64,000 nt of DNA from an uncultured delta proteobacterium (GTDB taxonomy: Bacteria; Desulfobacterota; Desulfobacteria; Desulfobacterales; JAHEIW01): positions 544,001 to 608,000 of the forward strand of contig CAVPNL010000004.1 of assembly GCA_963706575.1 (NCBI GenBank), read 5' to 3'. The stretch's first letter is position 1, and the number at the start of each line of letters is the position of its first letter. A program made the translations under genes and the position numbers. Below are positions 29,419 to 40,203 of this stretch, piece by piece. The notes beneath the pieces are model-generated. The model did not search any database. It was not told where the DNA came from and worked only from the letters and a program-made list of their open reading frames with translations.

Positions 29419-32400
29419 TTCTCAATCGGATGGCACTCAAACGACAGGTAACGGTCCTGGCGCTGCTGGTGATAATTGTCGTTGCCGGCCTTTACAGCTA
29501 TGCTACCTTACCGCGGGAATCCTTTCCGGATATCACCATCCCTTATGTGTTTGTGACCACCACCTATGAGGGCGTAGCGCCGGCGGATATGGAAGAGCTC
29601 ATTACCATTCCCATCGAGCGCAAGCTCAAAGGCATTGACGATGTTGAAGAAATCCGCTCCACCTCGGCCGAAGGTATTTCTACGGTGGCCATCAAGTTTT
29701 TACCCAAGGTCGATCTGGATGATGCCCTGCAGAAGGTCAGGGACAAGGTGGACCAGGCCGAAGGTGATCTCCCGGCCGATCTTCAAGATGACCCGGTAAT
29801 CAAAGAGGTCAATTTTTCAGACATGCCGGTCATCCGGGTGGTCTTGTCGGGGCCGTTCAGTTTAAGGCGGTTGCAGAATCTGGCCGAAGACATTCAGGAC
29901 CGTCTGGAATCCATCCCCGGCGTTCTGGAGGCTCGTTTGACGGGCGGATTGGAACGCGAAATCCATGTGGAGTTCGACCTGGATCGGGTGCGCGCCTATA
30001 ATGTCCCCTTTTCCAGTATCGTCGGTTCGCTGACGAACAGCAATGTGAACATGCCCGGCGGCAGCATGGATATCGGTGAAGGCAAATACCTGGTGAGGGT
30101 TCCGGAGGACTTCCAGCATCCGTCTGAAATTTTTTCCATCGTGGCCTTTGTGCGCGACGGCAAGCCGGTTTATCTGCGCGATTTGGCCACCATCAAAGAT
30201 GCTTATAAGGATCCGCTGACCCGCAGCCGCATCAACGGGAAAAAAAGTGTTACCATCGGCGTCCTGAAGCGCAGCGGCGAAAACATCGTGCGCGTCACCG
30301 ACGAAGTCAAGCGCGTGGTCAACGATATGCGCCCGCAACTGCCGCAAACCTTGCAGATCGATCTCACCGCCGACCAGTCCAATGACGTACGCTTGCTGGT
30401 AGCGGACCTGGAAAACAACATTCTTTCCGGCCTGATTCTGGTGCTGGCGGTTATTTTCTTTTTCATCGGCGGGCAATCCGCCATTTTCGTGGCCCTGGCC
30501 ATCCCCTATTCCATGTTTATCACCTTTTCGCTGCTGACCGGATTCAATGTCACCTTGAATATGGTGGTGCTGTTTTCCTTGATTCTGGCGCTGGGCATGC
30601 TGGTGGACAACGGCATTGTTATCGTCGAAAATATTTACCGGCACATGCAGCAGGGCAAACCCCGCCAGGAGGCGGCCGCCGCAGGGACCGATCAGGTTGC
30701 CTGGCCGGTGATCACCTCAACGCTGACTACCCTGGGGGCTTTTTCGCCCATGCTGTTCTGGCCGGGCATTATGGGCGAATTCATGGGATATTTGCCCATG
30801 ACGCTGATTATGGCGTTGAGTGCCTCGCTGTTCGTGGCCCTGGTGATCAATCCGGTGCTTTCGGCCCGCTATCAGAAGATCAAAACCGATAACCCGTCCA
30901 AAAAACGCGCCTCCCGTGAGCCCCTGATCAAGCAGTTTTATTTGTTCTTGCTAAAATGGTCGCTGCGGCATCGCTGGGCGGTCATCGTGTTGGCAGTCGT
31001 CTTGCTGATTAGCGCCACCCTGGCCTTTGTTTTTTTCGGCAAGGGGACCGAATTTTTCCCGGAAACTGAGCCGCGCCGCGCCTATGTCAATATCAAGATG
31101 CCGGAAGGGACCAATCTGGACACATCGGATCAGCTTGTCTCCCGGATCGAAAATATTGTGTCCGGGTATGAGGACATCCGTTATGTAATTGCCAATATCG
31201 GTGCCATCGGCGGAGACCCCTTCTCCCAGGGCGGCACCGGCACTCATATCAGCCGGGTGGTGCTGGACTTTAAAGATTTTCACGATCGCTCCCGGCCCTC
31301 ATCGCAAATCATAAAAGAAGTCCGGCAACGGATATTAAAAACCATCCATGGTGCCGAAGTGCAGGTGGAAAAAGAAGAAGAAGGCCCGCCCACCGGACCG
31401 CCGATCAATATAGAAATTTTCGGCGAGGATATCCTTATGCTGGGAGAGCTGGCAGCCCGCGCTCGCAAAGTCATCAAAGACATTCCGGGGCTGGTGGATT
31501 TAAAAGATAATTTTGTCAAAGGCAAACCCGAAATCCGGGTGCGGGTGGACAAGGAAAAATCGGCCCTCATGGGACTGGACACCTATACCATCGCCTACAC
31601 GGTTAAATCGGCCATCAACGGGGTTAAAGCCGGGGTCTACCGCGAGGGCAAAGATGAATATGACATTATCGCGCGCCTGCCCAAACGCGATCGCCAATCC
31701 ATTAAAAGCCTGAAGCGCATTACGGTTTCCGGCCCCCAGGGCGAGCCGATCCCCTTAACCAGTCTGGCCGAAGTGAAGCTGGGCAGTGGAATCGGCGCTA
31801 TCATGCGGCTCGATCAGAAAAGGGTCGTCACTATATCCGGTGACGTGTCGGGCCGATTGGCCAATGACGTGATTAAAGACATCGATGCACGCCTGTCGCG
31901 GCAAATCGACTGGCCCAGAGGGTACAGTTTCCGGTTCACCGGTGAGCAAGAGGAGCAGGCCAAGGCCCAGGCATTTTTAAGCAAAGCCTTTTTTGCCTGC
32001 ATTGCCATTATTTTGCTGATCCTATTAACCCAGTTTAACTCTTTAATCACCCCGTTGATTATCCTGGCTTCGGTGGTCTTTTCTTTGATCGGTGTCTTTC
32101 TCGGCCTGCTGATCACCGGTACTGCTTTCGGCATTATCATGACCGGTATCGGTGTGATCAGCCTTGCCGGCGTGGTGGTGAATAACGCTATTGTATTAAT
32201 CGACTATATCAACCAGCAGTTGGCCAAAGGCCTTTCATCAACCGAAGCGCTGCTGCGGGCCGGCTCGGTACGCTTTCGACCGGTGATGCTGACCGCCATC
32301 ACCACCATCCTGGGTCTGCTTCCGATGGCCACCGGTATCAGTTTTGACTTTGGCAAAATGGCTTTTGATATCGGCGGCGAGTCCTCCCAGTGGTGGGGTC

Positions 32401-32504
32401 CCATGGCGGTGGCGGTGATCTTCGGGCTGGGATTTGCCACCCTGCTGACCTTGATTCTGGTCCCGGTGCTGTGCTCCCTGGCTCACGGCTTCCGCAAACG
32501 CTAA
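29415..32504 (+). CDS. RND efflux permease (AcrB/AcrD/AcrF family)
   Basis: 1029 aa; GMLVDNGIVIVEN, RFRPVMLTAITTILGLLP. Confidence 0.95.
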   Translation: MILNRMALKRQVTVLALLVIIVVAGLYSYATLPRESFPDITIPYVFVTTTYEGVAPADMEELITIPIERKLKGIDDVEEIRSTSAEGISTVAIKFLPKVDLDDALQKVRDKVDQAEGDLPADLQDDPVIKEVNFSDMPVIRVVLSGPFSLRRLQNLAEDIQDRLESIPGVLEARLTGGLEREIHVEFDLDRVRAYNVPFSSIVGSLTNSNVNMPGGSMDIGEGKYLVRVPEDFQHPSEIFSIVAFVRDGKPVYLRDLATIKDAYKDPLTRSRINGKKSVTIGVLKRSGENIVRVTDEVKRVVNDMRPQLPQTLQIDLTADQSNDVRLLVADLENNILSGLILVLAVIFFFIGGQSAIFVALAIPYSMFITFSLLTGFNVTLNMVVLFSLILALGMLVDNGIVIVENIYRHMQQGKPRQEAAAAGTDQVAWPVITSTLTTLGAFSPMLFWPGIMGEFMGYLPMTLIMALSASLFVALVINPVLSARYQKIKTDNPSKKRASREPLIKQFYLFLLKWSLRHRWAVIVLAVVLLISATLAFVFFGKGTEFFPETEPRRAYVNIKMPEGTNLDTSDQLVSRIENIVSGYEDIRYVIANIGAIGGDPFSQGGTGTHISRVVLDFKDFHDRSRPSSQIIKEVRQRILKTIHGAEVQVEKEEEGPPTGPPINIEIFGEDILMLGELAARARKVIKDIPGLVDLKDNFVKGKPEIRVRVDKEKSALMGLDTYTIAYTVKSAINGVKAGVYREGKDEYDIIARLPKRDRQSIKSLKRITVSGPQGEPIPLTSLAEVKLGSGIGAIMRLDQKRVVTISGDVSGRLANDVIKDIDARLSRQIDWPRGYSFRFTGEQEEQAKAQAFLSKAFFACIAIILLILLTQFNSLITPLIILASVVFSLIGVFLGLLITGTAFGIIMTGIGVISLAGVVVNNAIVLIDYINQQLAKGLSSTEALLRAGSVRFRPVMLTAITTILGLLPMATGISFDFGKMAFDIGGESSQWWGPMAVAVIFGLGFATLLTLILVPVLCSLAHGFRKR

Positions 32505-32548
32505 TCCATTTTCCGGCTGCCAGCTGTCAGGCATTTGGCCTTACATCT

Positions 32549-32702
32549 GGTTAATTGGTTTGATTGATGAAACTGTTTTATTGGTTTTATTGGTTTCATT
32601 AGTTGCATTTGTTAAAGCGAACTAATTGAACCAATTGAACTAATCCAACCAATTTAACAAGTCGCTTTTCCTTGAACCTTTGAACGCTGAACCTTTGAAC
32701 CC
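32549..32702. repeat. Inverted 9-mer repeat element (ATTGGTTTT / AACCAATTG) plus TGAACCT tandem
   Basis: ttattggttttattggtttcattagttg ... aactaattgaaccaattgaactaatccaaccaat. Confidence 0.8.
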
Positions 32703-32806
32703 GGATCAAATACAATTTGACCGATTGGCCCACAATAGGGTATAGGACTTTTGTGCTGAAAGCGTTATCAATCCTGCCCTCACCTCTAACCAGCGGAAAT
32801 TGAAAA

Positions 32807-33691
32807 ATGAAACGAAAAAACGTATTCTGGCTGACTGCCGTTATGCTCGTCCTCCTGGCGCTTTACGGTGTCTGGCATTATAGCCCCCTGAGATATCTCA
32901 CCCGATCCAAATCCCAGCCCGATCCGACGTATAGTGTTAACATCAAAGGCCAGAACCAGCCGATTATTGTCACCAAAAAAATACTACCGGAAACTGCAGC
33001 CACTCAACAGACCAGCGATCTCCCCCAGCCACTGGTCGTATTGAAAAAACTTTCTCCCCAAAAAAAATCTCAACTTGTTAAACCGCAGGAAAAAAGCACC
33101 GACCTGACCGCTGCAGGGGAAAAGACGCCACAAGCAGCGCCCGAAGATTCCTTGTCTGCTAAAGTAAGTGCGTCGCCAGCCGCTCAATCGGACAAACCCT
33201 TGAAGCCGATTACTGTACAAAAAACAGCTGCACCTGTGAAGCAAAAGACCTATCACCCGTATTCCATCATGTTGTCCAGCTGCAGGCTGCCGCAAAGCGC
33301 CCGTAAAATCGTATCGAATTATCAAAAGGTGGGACTCGCGCCCTACGTCGTTAAAGTTAAATTTGATGAAGGCGACGAATGGTTACGGGTGCTGGCAGGC
33401 CATTATCAGACCCGCCAGGAAGCCCTTAAGGCCAAACAGAAACACCAGCTCTCAGGCGCCATTGTCAAAAGAACACCGTATACCAACCTTATCGGCACCT
33501 ATACATCCATGGATGAAATGCAAGTCGAACTGCGCCGTATCAAAGAGCTGGGATATTCGCCCTATTTCCTCAAAACACAGGCCGGTCAGCTTAAATTGGT
33601 GGTGGGCGCTTTTGTTACAAAAGAGGGCGCCGAAAACCAGAGAACAGAATTGCAGTCAAAGGGCATTCAAAACACGGTCATCATTCGCTAA
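32807..33691 (+). CDS. SPOR domain protein (two SPOR-like repeats, N-terminal anchor)
   Basis: YSIMLSS...WLRVLAGHYQTRQEA; LVVGAFVTKEGAE. Confidence 0.8.
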   Translation: MKRKNVFWLTAVMLVLLALYGVWHYSPLRYLTRSKSQPDPTYSVNIKGQNQPIIVTKKILPETAATQQTSDLPQPLVVLKKLSPQKKSQLVKPQEKSTDLTAAGEKTPQAAPEDSLSAKVSASPAAQSDKPLKPITVQKTAAPVKQKTYHPYSIMLSSCRLPQSARKIVSNYQKVGLAPYVVKVKFDEGDEWLRVLAGHYQTRQEALKAKQKHQLSGAIVKRTPYTNLIGTYTSMDEMQVELRRIKELGYSPYFLKTQAGQLKLVVGAFVTKEGAENQRTELQSKGIQNTVIIR

Positions 33692-33699
33692 GACGCATC

Positions 33700-34146
33700 A
33701 TGAAAGTTGAAAGTCAACACCATAACTATCAGGGATTGACCATAAAAGAATTGACGGTTGGTCAATCCTACGAAAAAACCTTTACGATTACGGCTGAATT
33801 GATCGAGCGTTTTGCCGAACTGACCGGTGATCTCAACCCGATCCACCTGAACGAAGACTACGCCGCCAAAAGCATTTTTAAACAGCGAGTGGCCCAGGGA
33901 ATGCTGCAGGCCGGCCTTTTGTCCGGAATTTTGGGTTGTTATTTTCCCGGAGTGGGAACCATCTATCTTTCTCAAACACTCAAATTTATCAAACCGGTCT
34001 TTATCAAAGATCAGATCACGCTGCGCCTGGAGATTTTGGAAATCATCAGCGAGAAAAACCGCGTTCGTCTCGAAACACGATTCACCAATCAGAACGGTGA
34101 AGCCGTCATCATTGGTGAGGCGCTCGTTAAGCCCCCGCCCGAATGA
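33700..34146 (+). CDS. MaoC family dehydratase
   Basis: FAELTGDLNPIHL....A...F..R.AQGML, PG.G.IYLSQ.LKF.KPV. Confidence 0.92.
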   Translation: MKVESQHHNYQGLTIKELTVGQSYEKTFTITAELIERFAELTGDLNPIHLNEDYAAKSIFKQRVAQGMLQAGLLSGILGCYFPGVGTIYLSQTLKFIKPVFIKDQITLRLEILEIISEKNRVRLETRFTNQNGEAVIIGEALVKPPPE

Positions 34147-34226
34147 TTAAATCCACCCTGCCCCATTGATTTTGTCGCCTTGTTGATTAGATTATACCTT
34201 TACGAAAACTGATTTAAAAATAGTTG

Positions 34227-34353
34227 GAAGTGCCTAAAGTGAGCTAAAGTGCCTATAGTTGAGGGGTCGCTATCGCTCCATCTTATATTATAAAAATGAT
34301 AGAATTCCTTAATTTTAGTCACTCTAGATCACTTTAGGCACTTTAGGCACTTC
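34227..34353. repeat. Inverted 9-mer repeat element (GTGCCTAAA / TTTAGGCAC)
   Basis: gaagtgcctaaagtgagctaaagtgcctatagt ... actttaggcactttaggcacttc. Confidence 0.85.
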
Positions 34354-34374
34354 TAAGAAAAGGATTCTGAACGA

Positions 34375-35070
34375 ATGACAACCATCTTAGTGGTTTCAGC
34401 CCATCCGGATGATGAAACCCTTTTTAGCGGCGGAACGCTGGCAAGGTATGCTCAAAAAGGACACGACATTTTCATCCTGGAAACCACCCGCGGAGAGGGC
34501 GGCGAGGTGGGTGAGCCGCCGTTAACCACCCGCGAAAATCTGGCTGCCTTCAGGGAGCAGGAGGTCCGCCAGGCCGCCGGCATCCTGGGTGCGCGCGATA
34601 TATTTTTCCTGCCTTACATTGACCCGTTCATGGAGATCAACGGCACCGCCCGTCGAATCGACGCTCCCCTGGCGGAATTTACCGCGGCGATTGCAACATA
34701 CGTTCAAAAGATTGCTCCCCAACTGGTCATCACCCACGGCTCAAACGGTGAATACGGCCACCCCCAGCACATCTACACCCATCAGGCGACCCGCATGGCC
34801 TTAAACAGTGCCCGGCCGGGCACCGCATTTATAACCTGGTCGGCCTGGCATACACCGGCCGATTACGAGCGCATATTAAATCAAGACGATCAAGCCGATA
34901 TCATCAGCGACATCAGCCCCTGGCACGATATAAAGGTTGACGCCGCCCTCTGCCACAAAACCCAGCACGCCATGTTTCTGCGAAATTCCGGCGCTCGTTC
35001 GGTTGCGGGCATGGTCCGGAAAACCGAAACCTTCCACATCTGGCAGGGCCCGTTACCGCAAGACTTATAA
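34375..35070 (+). CDS. PIG-L/LmbE family deacetylase
   Basis: AHPDDE, TRGEGG, YGHPQH, CHKTQ. Confidence 0.9.
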   Translation: MTTILVVSAHPDDETLFSGGTLARYAQKGHDIFILETTRGEGGEVGEPPLTTRENLAAFREQEVRQAAGILGARDIFFLPYIDPFMEINGTARRIDAPLAEFTAAIATYVQKIAPQLVITHGSNGEYGHPQHIYTHQATRMALNSARPGTAFITWSAWHTPADYERILNQDDQADIISDISPWHDIKVDAALCHKTQHAMFLRNSGARSVAGMVRKTETFHIWQGPLPQDL

Positions 35071-35325
35071 TAAGCGGTTATTCAGCCTCTCATTATTCCT
35101 CAAGATAAGGCCATCCATACCGATAATATATCTAAGGTTTCCAGGTTGAGCGCTTTGTCCAGTTACCCGTTAGCCGGCAAAAAAAATATTATCAGACATT
35201 TTCCAGCTTCAGCGCGTTCAATTCGCCTACGGCGGACCAACCAGAAACCGTGATCTATTGTTTTCCAAACAGACTCCAAATCGCTGGAATTTTTATATCG
35301 TCAATACGCCTCTTCGAGAAAATTT

Positions 35326-36091
35326 ATGACGGAAAATTTATTGAACTCAGCCCGGGGCCTTCAACCGGTCTGGAAGCGTAAGCTGAAGCGGGCAGGCCGC
35401 GCGATCCAAAATTGGCTGCGGGAGCTAATCCGTTCACTGATCGAAATCACAATCCTGTTTACCATCACGGCTGTAATGGTCGGCATCTTACTTTCAATTC
35501 TGGAGGCCTTCTGGTACCTCTATCTCGAAACCCCCGTCGGCATCAAATATACCGCGGACCCTGCCAGATTATCGCCGCACCTGTTGACGCAATTATTCAA
35601 ACAGGATCTGTTTTTGTTTTCCGTTGAAGTTGCCATAGCCGCTCTGACCGCCAGTCTGATAATAAGTGCTGCATTCCAGATTACCGCTTTGCGCCGCTAT
35701 TTTTATGTTGGCCGCGGCCTGTTCAACCGCGTCATTGTACTTTTGCTGTTCAGCGCCGCTGCGGGTTTTAAGCTGGCGCATACCGGCCTGATAGACCTGC
35801 CGGTCGCCCTCGGGAGTATCGATCGTTCCGAGCCTGTGCCTGTTTCCATCGTGTATGAATATTTCAGCCAGAATATTACCCGAATTGACTCCCTTGGGAA
35901 TTATGAAAATAATCATCAACGCAAAAAACTTTCTCATTCATTCCGGTGACCGGGCTATGCCGGAGCCGCAAGCATCCCTTTATCCGACGAGCCGCGGCAA
36001 TTCACAGACGCCCCCTGCCCTCAAACCTGCCACTGCAGTAAAAAACCGCGGTGCGGGCCGCGTCACGCCGGATGCGAGCGGAGCAGTTTAG
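35326..36091 (+). CDS. Hypothetical membrane protein with probable one-base frameshift at 35812-35814
   Basis: Deleting one G joins 35326..35949 to 35855..36091 and restores the hydrophobic ALGVSIVPSLCLFPSCM. Confidence 0.6.
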
Positions 36092-36110
36092 AAAAACAAA
36101 AATTCAAATA

Positions 36111-36173
36111 TTTCATATTGCGTTAGCACATCCAACAAATTTTCAACCTCTCCAAATTTTAACATCAGGCACG
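36111..36173 (+). repeat. About 60-bp dispersed direct repeat, copy B
   Basis: TTTCATATTGCGTTAGCACATCC...TTTTAACATCAGGCACG. Confidence 0.75.
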
Positions 36174-36473
36174 AAATTCCCAATTTTAGATAAGTCTAAA
36201 TTTTTTAGTTTGGCTAAAGCAATATACAATTCCCTTTAAGGATAATGAGCCACGGTATATTGTGGTATGCTCTTTTCCAAATCTCTTGAATTTCGTATTT
36301 GGATATGAAACAAATATCGTAGCAATCGGTACACAACGGAAACTCCATATAAAGCATGCAATCATTTTTTATAGGGAAAAAAACGATGATTGTGTTGTTT
36401 ATGTTGCCAAAAAAAAAGACCACATAAGACGATATTAAAAATACCTTAAAGATTGGAAACAGGAGACGAAAAA

Positions 36474-38168
36474 ATGATATTAAACCCCAGAGAAAATAAA
36501 TACGAATACCTGGATGAAAAATCCAGGTCGATTATGTTGAAAACAATTGAGTTTTTCGAAAACAAAGGGAAGGCCAAGCTCAAATCCGATTATCACGAAA
36601 AGGTGTGGTACGCGGATTTTATTGAATTTATAAAAAAGGAAATGGTGTTTGCCACCCTGCTGACACCCTCTGCCCACGGGGGGGAGGGGTGCCGTTGGGA
36701 CACTTACAGAAATTGCGCTTTCAATGAAATCCTGGGTTTTTACGGCCTGCCATACTGGTACACCTGGCAGGTGACCATTCTCGGTTTGGGGCCCATCTGG
36801 ATGGGGGCCAACGAAGCTGTGAAAGCAAAAACGGCCCGGCTGCTCAAGGAAGGCGGTATTTTCGCCTTCGGGCTATCGGAAAAAGGGCACGGGGCCGATC
36901 TCTACTCCAGCGAAATGTCCCTGACACCCCTGGGTGAGGGGAAATACGTTGCCGACGGCGGGAAATACTATATCGGAAACGCAAATGAGGCGGCCCTGGT
37001 GTCGACCTTCGGCAAGGATACGGAAACCGATGAATACGTGTTTTTCGTAGTCAATTCCAAGCACGACAATTTTGACCTGGTGAAAAATGTCGTCAGCTCC
37101 CAGAACTATGTTGCCGAATATGCGCTCCAGGGATACCCCATAACCAAAGAGGATATCCTCACCAGAGGGCAGGATGCGTGGGATTCTTCCCTCAACACCA
37201 TCAATGTCGGCAAATACAATCTGGGCTGGGCATCCATCGGCATCTGTACACATGCACTGTACGAAGCCATTACCCATGCCACCAACCGGATACTCTACGG
37301 CAAGCGCGTAACTGAATTCCCCCATATACGGCAGTTGTTTGTAGATGCCCACACGCGGCTTGTGGCCATGAAGCTTTTTGCCTTGAGGAATGCGGACTAC
37401 ATCAGGGCGGCCTCAGCGGAGGACAGGCGTTACCTGCTTTACACGCCCATGACCAAGATGAAGGTAACCACCCAGGGGGAAGAGGTGATCAACCTGCTGT
37501 GGAATGTCATCGCGGCCAAGGGGTTTGAGAAAGACATGTATTTTGAGATGGCGGCACAGGACATTCGGGCGCTTCCAAAACTCGAGGGCACTGTACACGT
37601 CAACATGGCCTTGATCATCAAGTTCATGGCCAACTATTTTTTTAATCCGGGTGAATTCCCGGAAATCGTCCAGAGAAACGGCACAGAGGATGACAGCTTT
37701 CTCTTCAACCAGGGACCCACCCGCGGTCTGGGCAAAATCCGCTTTCATGATTTCAACATCGCCTACAACAGCATCAATCTTCCCAACCTGACTGTGTTCA
37801 AAGAACAGATCAGGGTTCTGCAGGAGCTTTTAATGACTGCACCGCCCGAAAAAGATCAGCAGAGAGAAATCGATTTTCTATTGATTCTGGGGGAACTGTT
37901 CACCCTGGTGGCTTACGGCCAGTTGATCATTGAAAATGCAAAAATCTACAAGGTTGAGGATGAATTTATCGACCAGATTTTTGATTTCATGGTCCGTGAT
38001 TTTTCCAGATTTGCCCTTCAGCTCTATTCCAAAACAAGCAGCACGGAAGCTCAAATGGAAATCTGCCTGAAGATCATCAAAAAGCCAGTCAGAGATGCGG
38101 AAAGATTCGACCGCATCTGGAGCAGATATGTTGAACCGCTCAACAATGCCTACGAGATGAACCCATAA
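36474..38168 (+). CDS. Acyl-CoA dehydrogenase family protein
   Basis: AFGLSEK.HGAD, G.KYYIGNA, KLEGT.HVN; AGGAG RBS. Confidence 0.92.
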   Translation: MILNPRENKYEYLDEKSRSIMLKTIEFFENKGKAKLKSDYHEKVWYADFIEFIKKEMVFATLLTPSAHGGEGCRWDTYRNCAFNEILGFYGLPYWYTWQVTILGLGPIWMGANEAVKAKTARLLKEGGIFAFGLSEKGHGADLYSSEMSLTPLGEGKYVADGGKYYIGNANEAALVSTFGKDTETDEYVFFVVNSKHDNFDLVKNVVSSQNYVAEYALQGYPITKEDILTRGQDAWDSSLNTINVGKYNLGWASIGICTHALYEAITHATNRILYGKRVTEFPHIRQLFVDAHTRLVAMKLFALRNADYIRAASAEDRRYLLYTPMTKMKVTTQGEEVINLLWNVIAAKGFEKDMYFEMAAQDIRALPKLEGTVHVNMALIIKFMANYFFNPGEFPEIVQRNGTEDDSFLFNQGPTRGLGKIRFHDFNIAYNSINLPNLTVFKEQIRVLQELLMTAPPEKDQQREIDFLLILGELFTLVAYGQLIIENAKIYKVEDEFIDQIFDFMVRDFSRFALQLYSKTSSTEAQMEICLKIIKKPVRDAERFDRIWSRYVEPLNNAYEMNP

Positions 38169-38491
38169 AGTTTCATACTCAATCGCGTAAAAAAACGCAG
38201 GTTTATGGGTTTGCATTGAAAAGCCGCAGTTATGCAATAAATACAACGGATTAAAATTTATTGTGTCTTTGAAAACACCCAATTATTTATAGCGGATAAG
38301 GTGAGGCATAAGCTTCAGGGTGATGGTTTCGCCATCGCTCTAAAGGAGTATCCGGAGTACTACCTGGGGTCCGTGTTTCGGGCGTCTTCTACAGCAAGGA
38401 TGACGACCTCATTCAGGTGGCCTAAAAACTTCGAATTGTGTTTGTTTGACTTCGGCTATGTACCCGTCATCACGATAATATACAACTTGAA

Positions 38492-38542
38492 TCAGCACAT
38501 CTAACATATTTCAGGACCCTCCAAAGTTTCAACTCAGGCACG
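38492..38542 (+). repeat. Dispersed direct repeat, copy C (5'-shortened)
   Basis: TCAGCACATC...CCAAAGTTTCAACTCAGGCACG. Confidence 0.7.
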
Positions 38543-38837
38543 CTATCCACAATCCAAATCATTTAAAAATGGATTATGTTGCCGTATGAAGCCCAAAGTA
38601 TTGCAACTCGAGAACAAAAGGTAGTAGTGCTTCAGAATTTTTCTATCACAAAAGATACCACTATCTAGTAAATCTTTACCTTGGGTATTCTGATACCTTC
38701 AGTGAATTGTGGGAGTATTACCTTTTCGATTTTGAGATCGGTTTTTCTGAGAGGCATATCGGCGATGTCAAGAGAGTATTTGCGAAACAATGTTACCGCC
38801 GCAATTCCTATTTTAGCTGAGGTAAAGTGATCGATGA

Positions 38838-39752
38838 TCATTTACTCAATTTATTCTGTTTTATGTCAATTTCTCGCATCAGTTTGAGGACGGCCAGTTC
38901 TTTGGCTTTTGCTTCAACTTCCACGGTAATGTCCAGGTTCAGCCAGAATACCGGAAAGTCCTTGAGATTAATGTAATCATGATGATTTCGGTGATTTCCA
39001 TTCTCCCAGGGCTGTAAAGGACTCGAAATATGAAAAAGTGGCTCCCGGTTCCAAGTTTTCAGTACCTGATGAGTCGCGTCTTTAATGCTCAGACCGTCAG
39101 GCAGGCAGCGATGATGATGTAGGTCGTATACGAGAGGGATTTTCAATTTTTTGCAAATTGGCAGCAAATCTCGGGGCGTATACAGCCTATCATCGTTCTC
39201 CAGGGTAAGGCGACAGCGAATGCTTCGTGGTAGACTCCGAATTCCCCTAACCAGGCGTTGTAGGGCCTTATCCTTGTCTCCGTAAACACCACCGGCGTGA
39301 ATATTGATCACATCGGCGTTGACCCATTTCGCAACTTCCGTCTGATATCTAAGATCGGCAATTGATCTGCGGGTAACCTCTGGATTCGGCGATGATAATA
39401 GAATGAACTGATCGGGGTGGAAGCTCGTACGCATATCGTTTCTTCTGCAGAAAGTCCCGCATTTTTTGAATTTGTTCACGATTTCATTGGATTGGGGCAA
39501 CGCTTCTATGGTGTATCCTAGTTTAGGATGTGTTTTAAGTGGCAAAATCTGGCTGTTGATCCGAAAGGCGTTAATACCATTACGCCGACAAAATTTAAGT
39601 GCCGCGAGAAGAGAATTTGCGTTGTGCAGGCAGATACCGGAAATATAATCCATCCGCTCGTTCGGAGATAGTTTGCTTAAGTACCTTGCTGTCGTGCGGC
39701 GGAACTTTATTGGCTCTTCACGAAAAATACAACACAGACCCCATCGAATCAT
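38838..39752 (-). CDS. uvsE: UV damage repair endonuclease
   Basis: FRINSQILPL.THP, SFHPDQF, IHAGG.YG, LENDD, D.HHH, EAKAKE. Confidence 0.93.
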   Translation of the reverse strand: MIRWGLCCIFREEPIKFRRTTARYLSKLSPNERMDYISGICLHNANSLLAALKFCRRNGINAFRINSQILPLKTHPKLGYTIEALPQSNEIVNKFKKCGTFCRRNDMRTSFHPDQFILLSSPNPEVTRRSIADLRYQTEVAKWVNADVINIHAGGVYGDKDKALQRLVRGIRSLPRSIRCRLTLENDDRLYTPRDLLPICKKLKIPLVYDLHHHRCLPDGLSIKDATHQVLKTWNREPLFHISSPLQPWENGNHRNHHDYINLKDFPVFWLNLDITVEVEAKAKELAVLKLMREIDIKQNKLSK

Positions 39753-40203
39753 GACTGACCTTTCTTCAAAAAGATAGCTGGTCTAATTTTAAGTATCTTT
39801 TGGACCAACATATCGAGCTAACTGACATTTTTTGATTGATACTTAGATTAACTCTTATTTGAGCTCCGTCAACCAATCACGACCCATAGGGAAAGCGAGC
39901 TCATAGTGACCTATTGTTGGTGACGAGTCCCAGTCAAAGGTTTGATTTTTTTGCATTTGCGGAATAAACCAAACAAAAAGGGCAGCAATTGTAGACCGGC
40001 TATTTTGATTTTTTCGCCATCTGACTTGACTATGCAAAGCGAATTCTTAGAATTATTAATATTTTTGGGGTAGAGCTCACCCGTTAAGACGAAACATTGG
40101 AACATCTAAGGCCTGTGAATCCGGCTGAGCAGGATGTTGTTTGTGTTTTTGCGAGCCATATGTTAAGTGAGATAGAAACTAAACGGAAAAGAAAGGACTA
40201 GAC

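Noticed and set aside
29564..32534. Long antisense ORFs inside the RND gene, and similar shadow ORFs elsewhere
   Set aside because: They overlap well-supported genes on the opposite strand and have no recognisable motifs
12607..34353. Short repeats as a CRISPR array
   Set aside because: Units are 7-9 bp and tandem or inverted, with no constant repeats separated by unique spacers and no cas genes
38280..38490. Possible decayed gene fragment after the acyl-CoA dehydrogenase
   Set aside because: Coding-like composition but several stops and no family I can recognise
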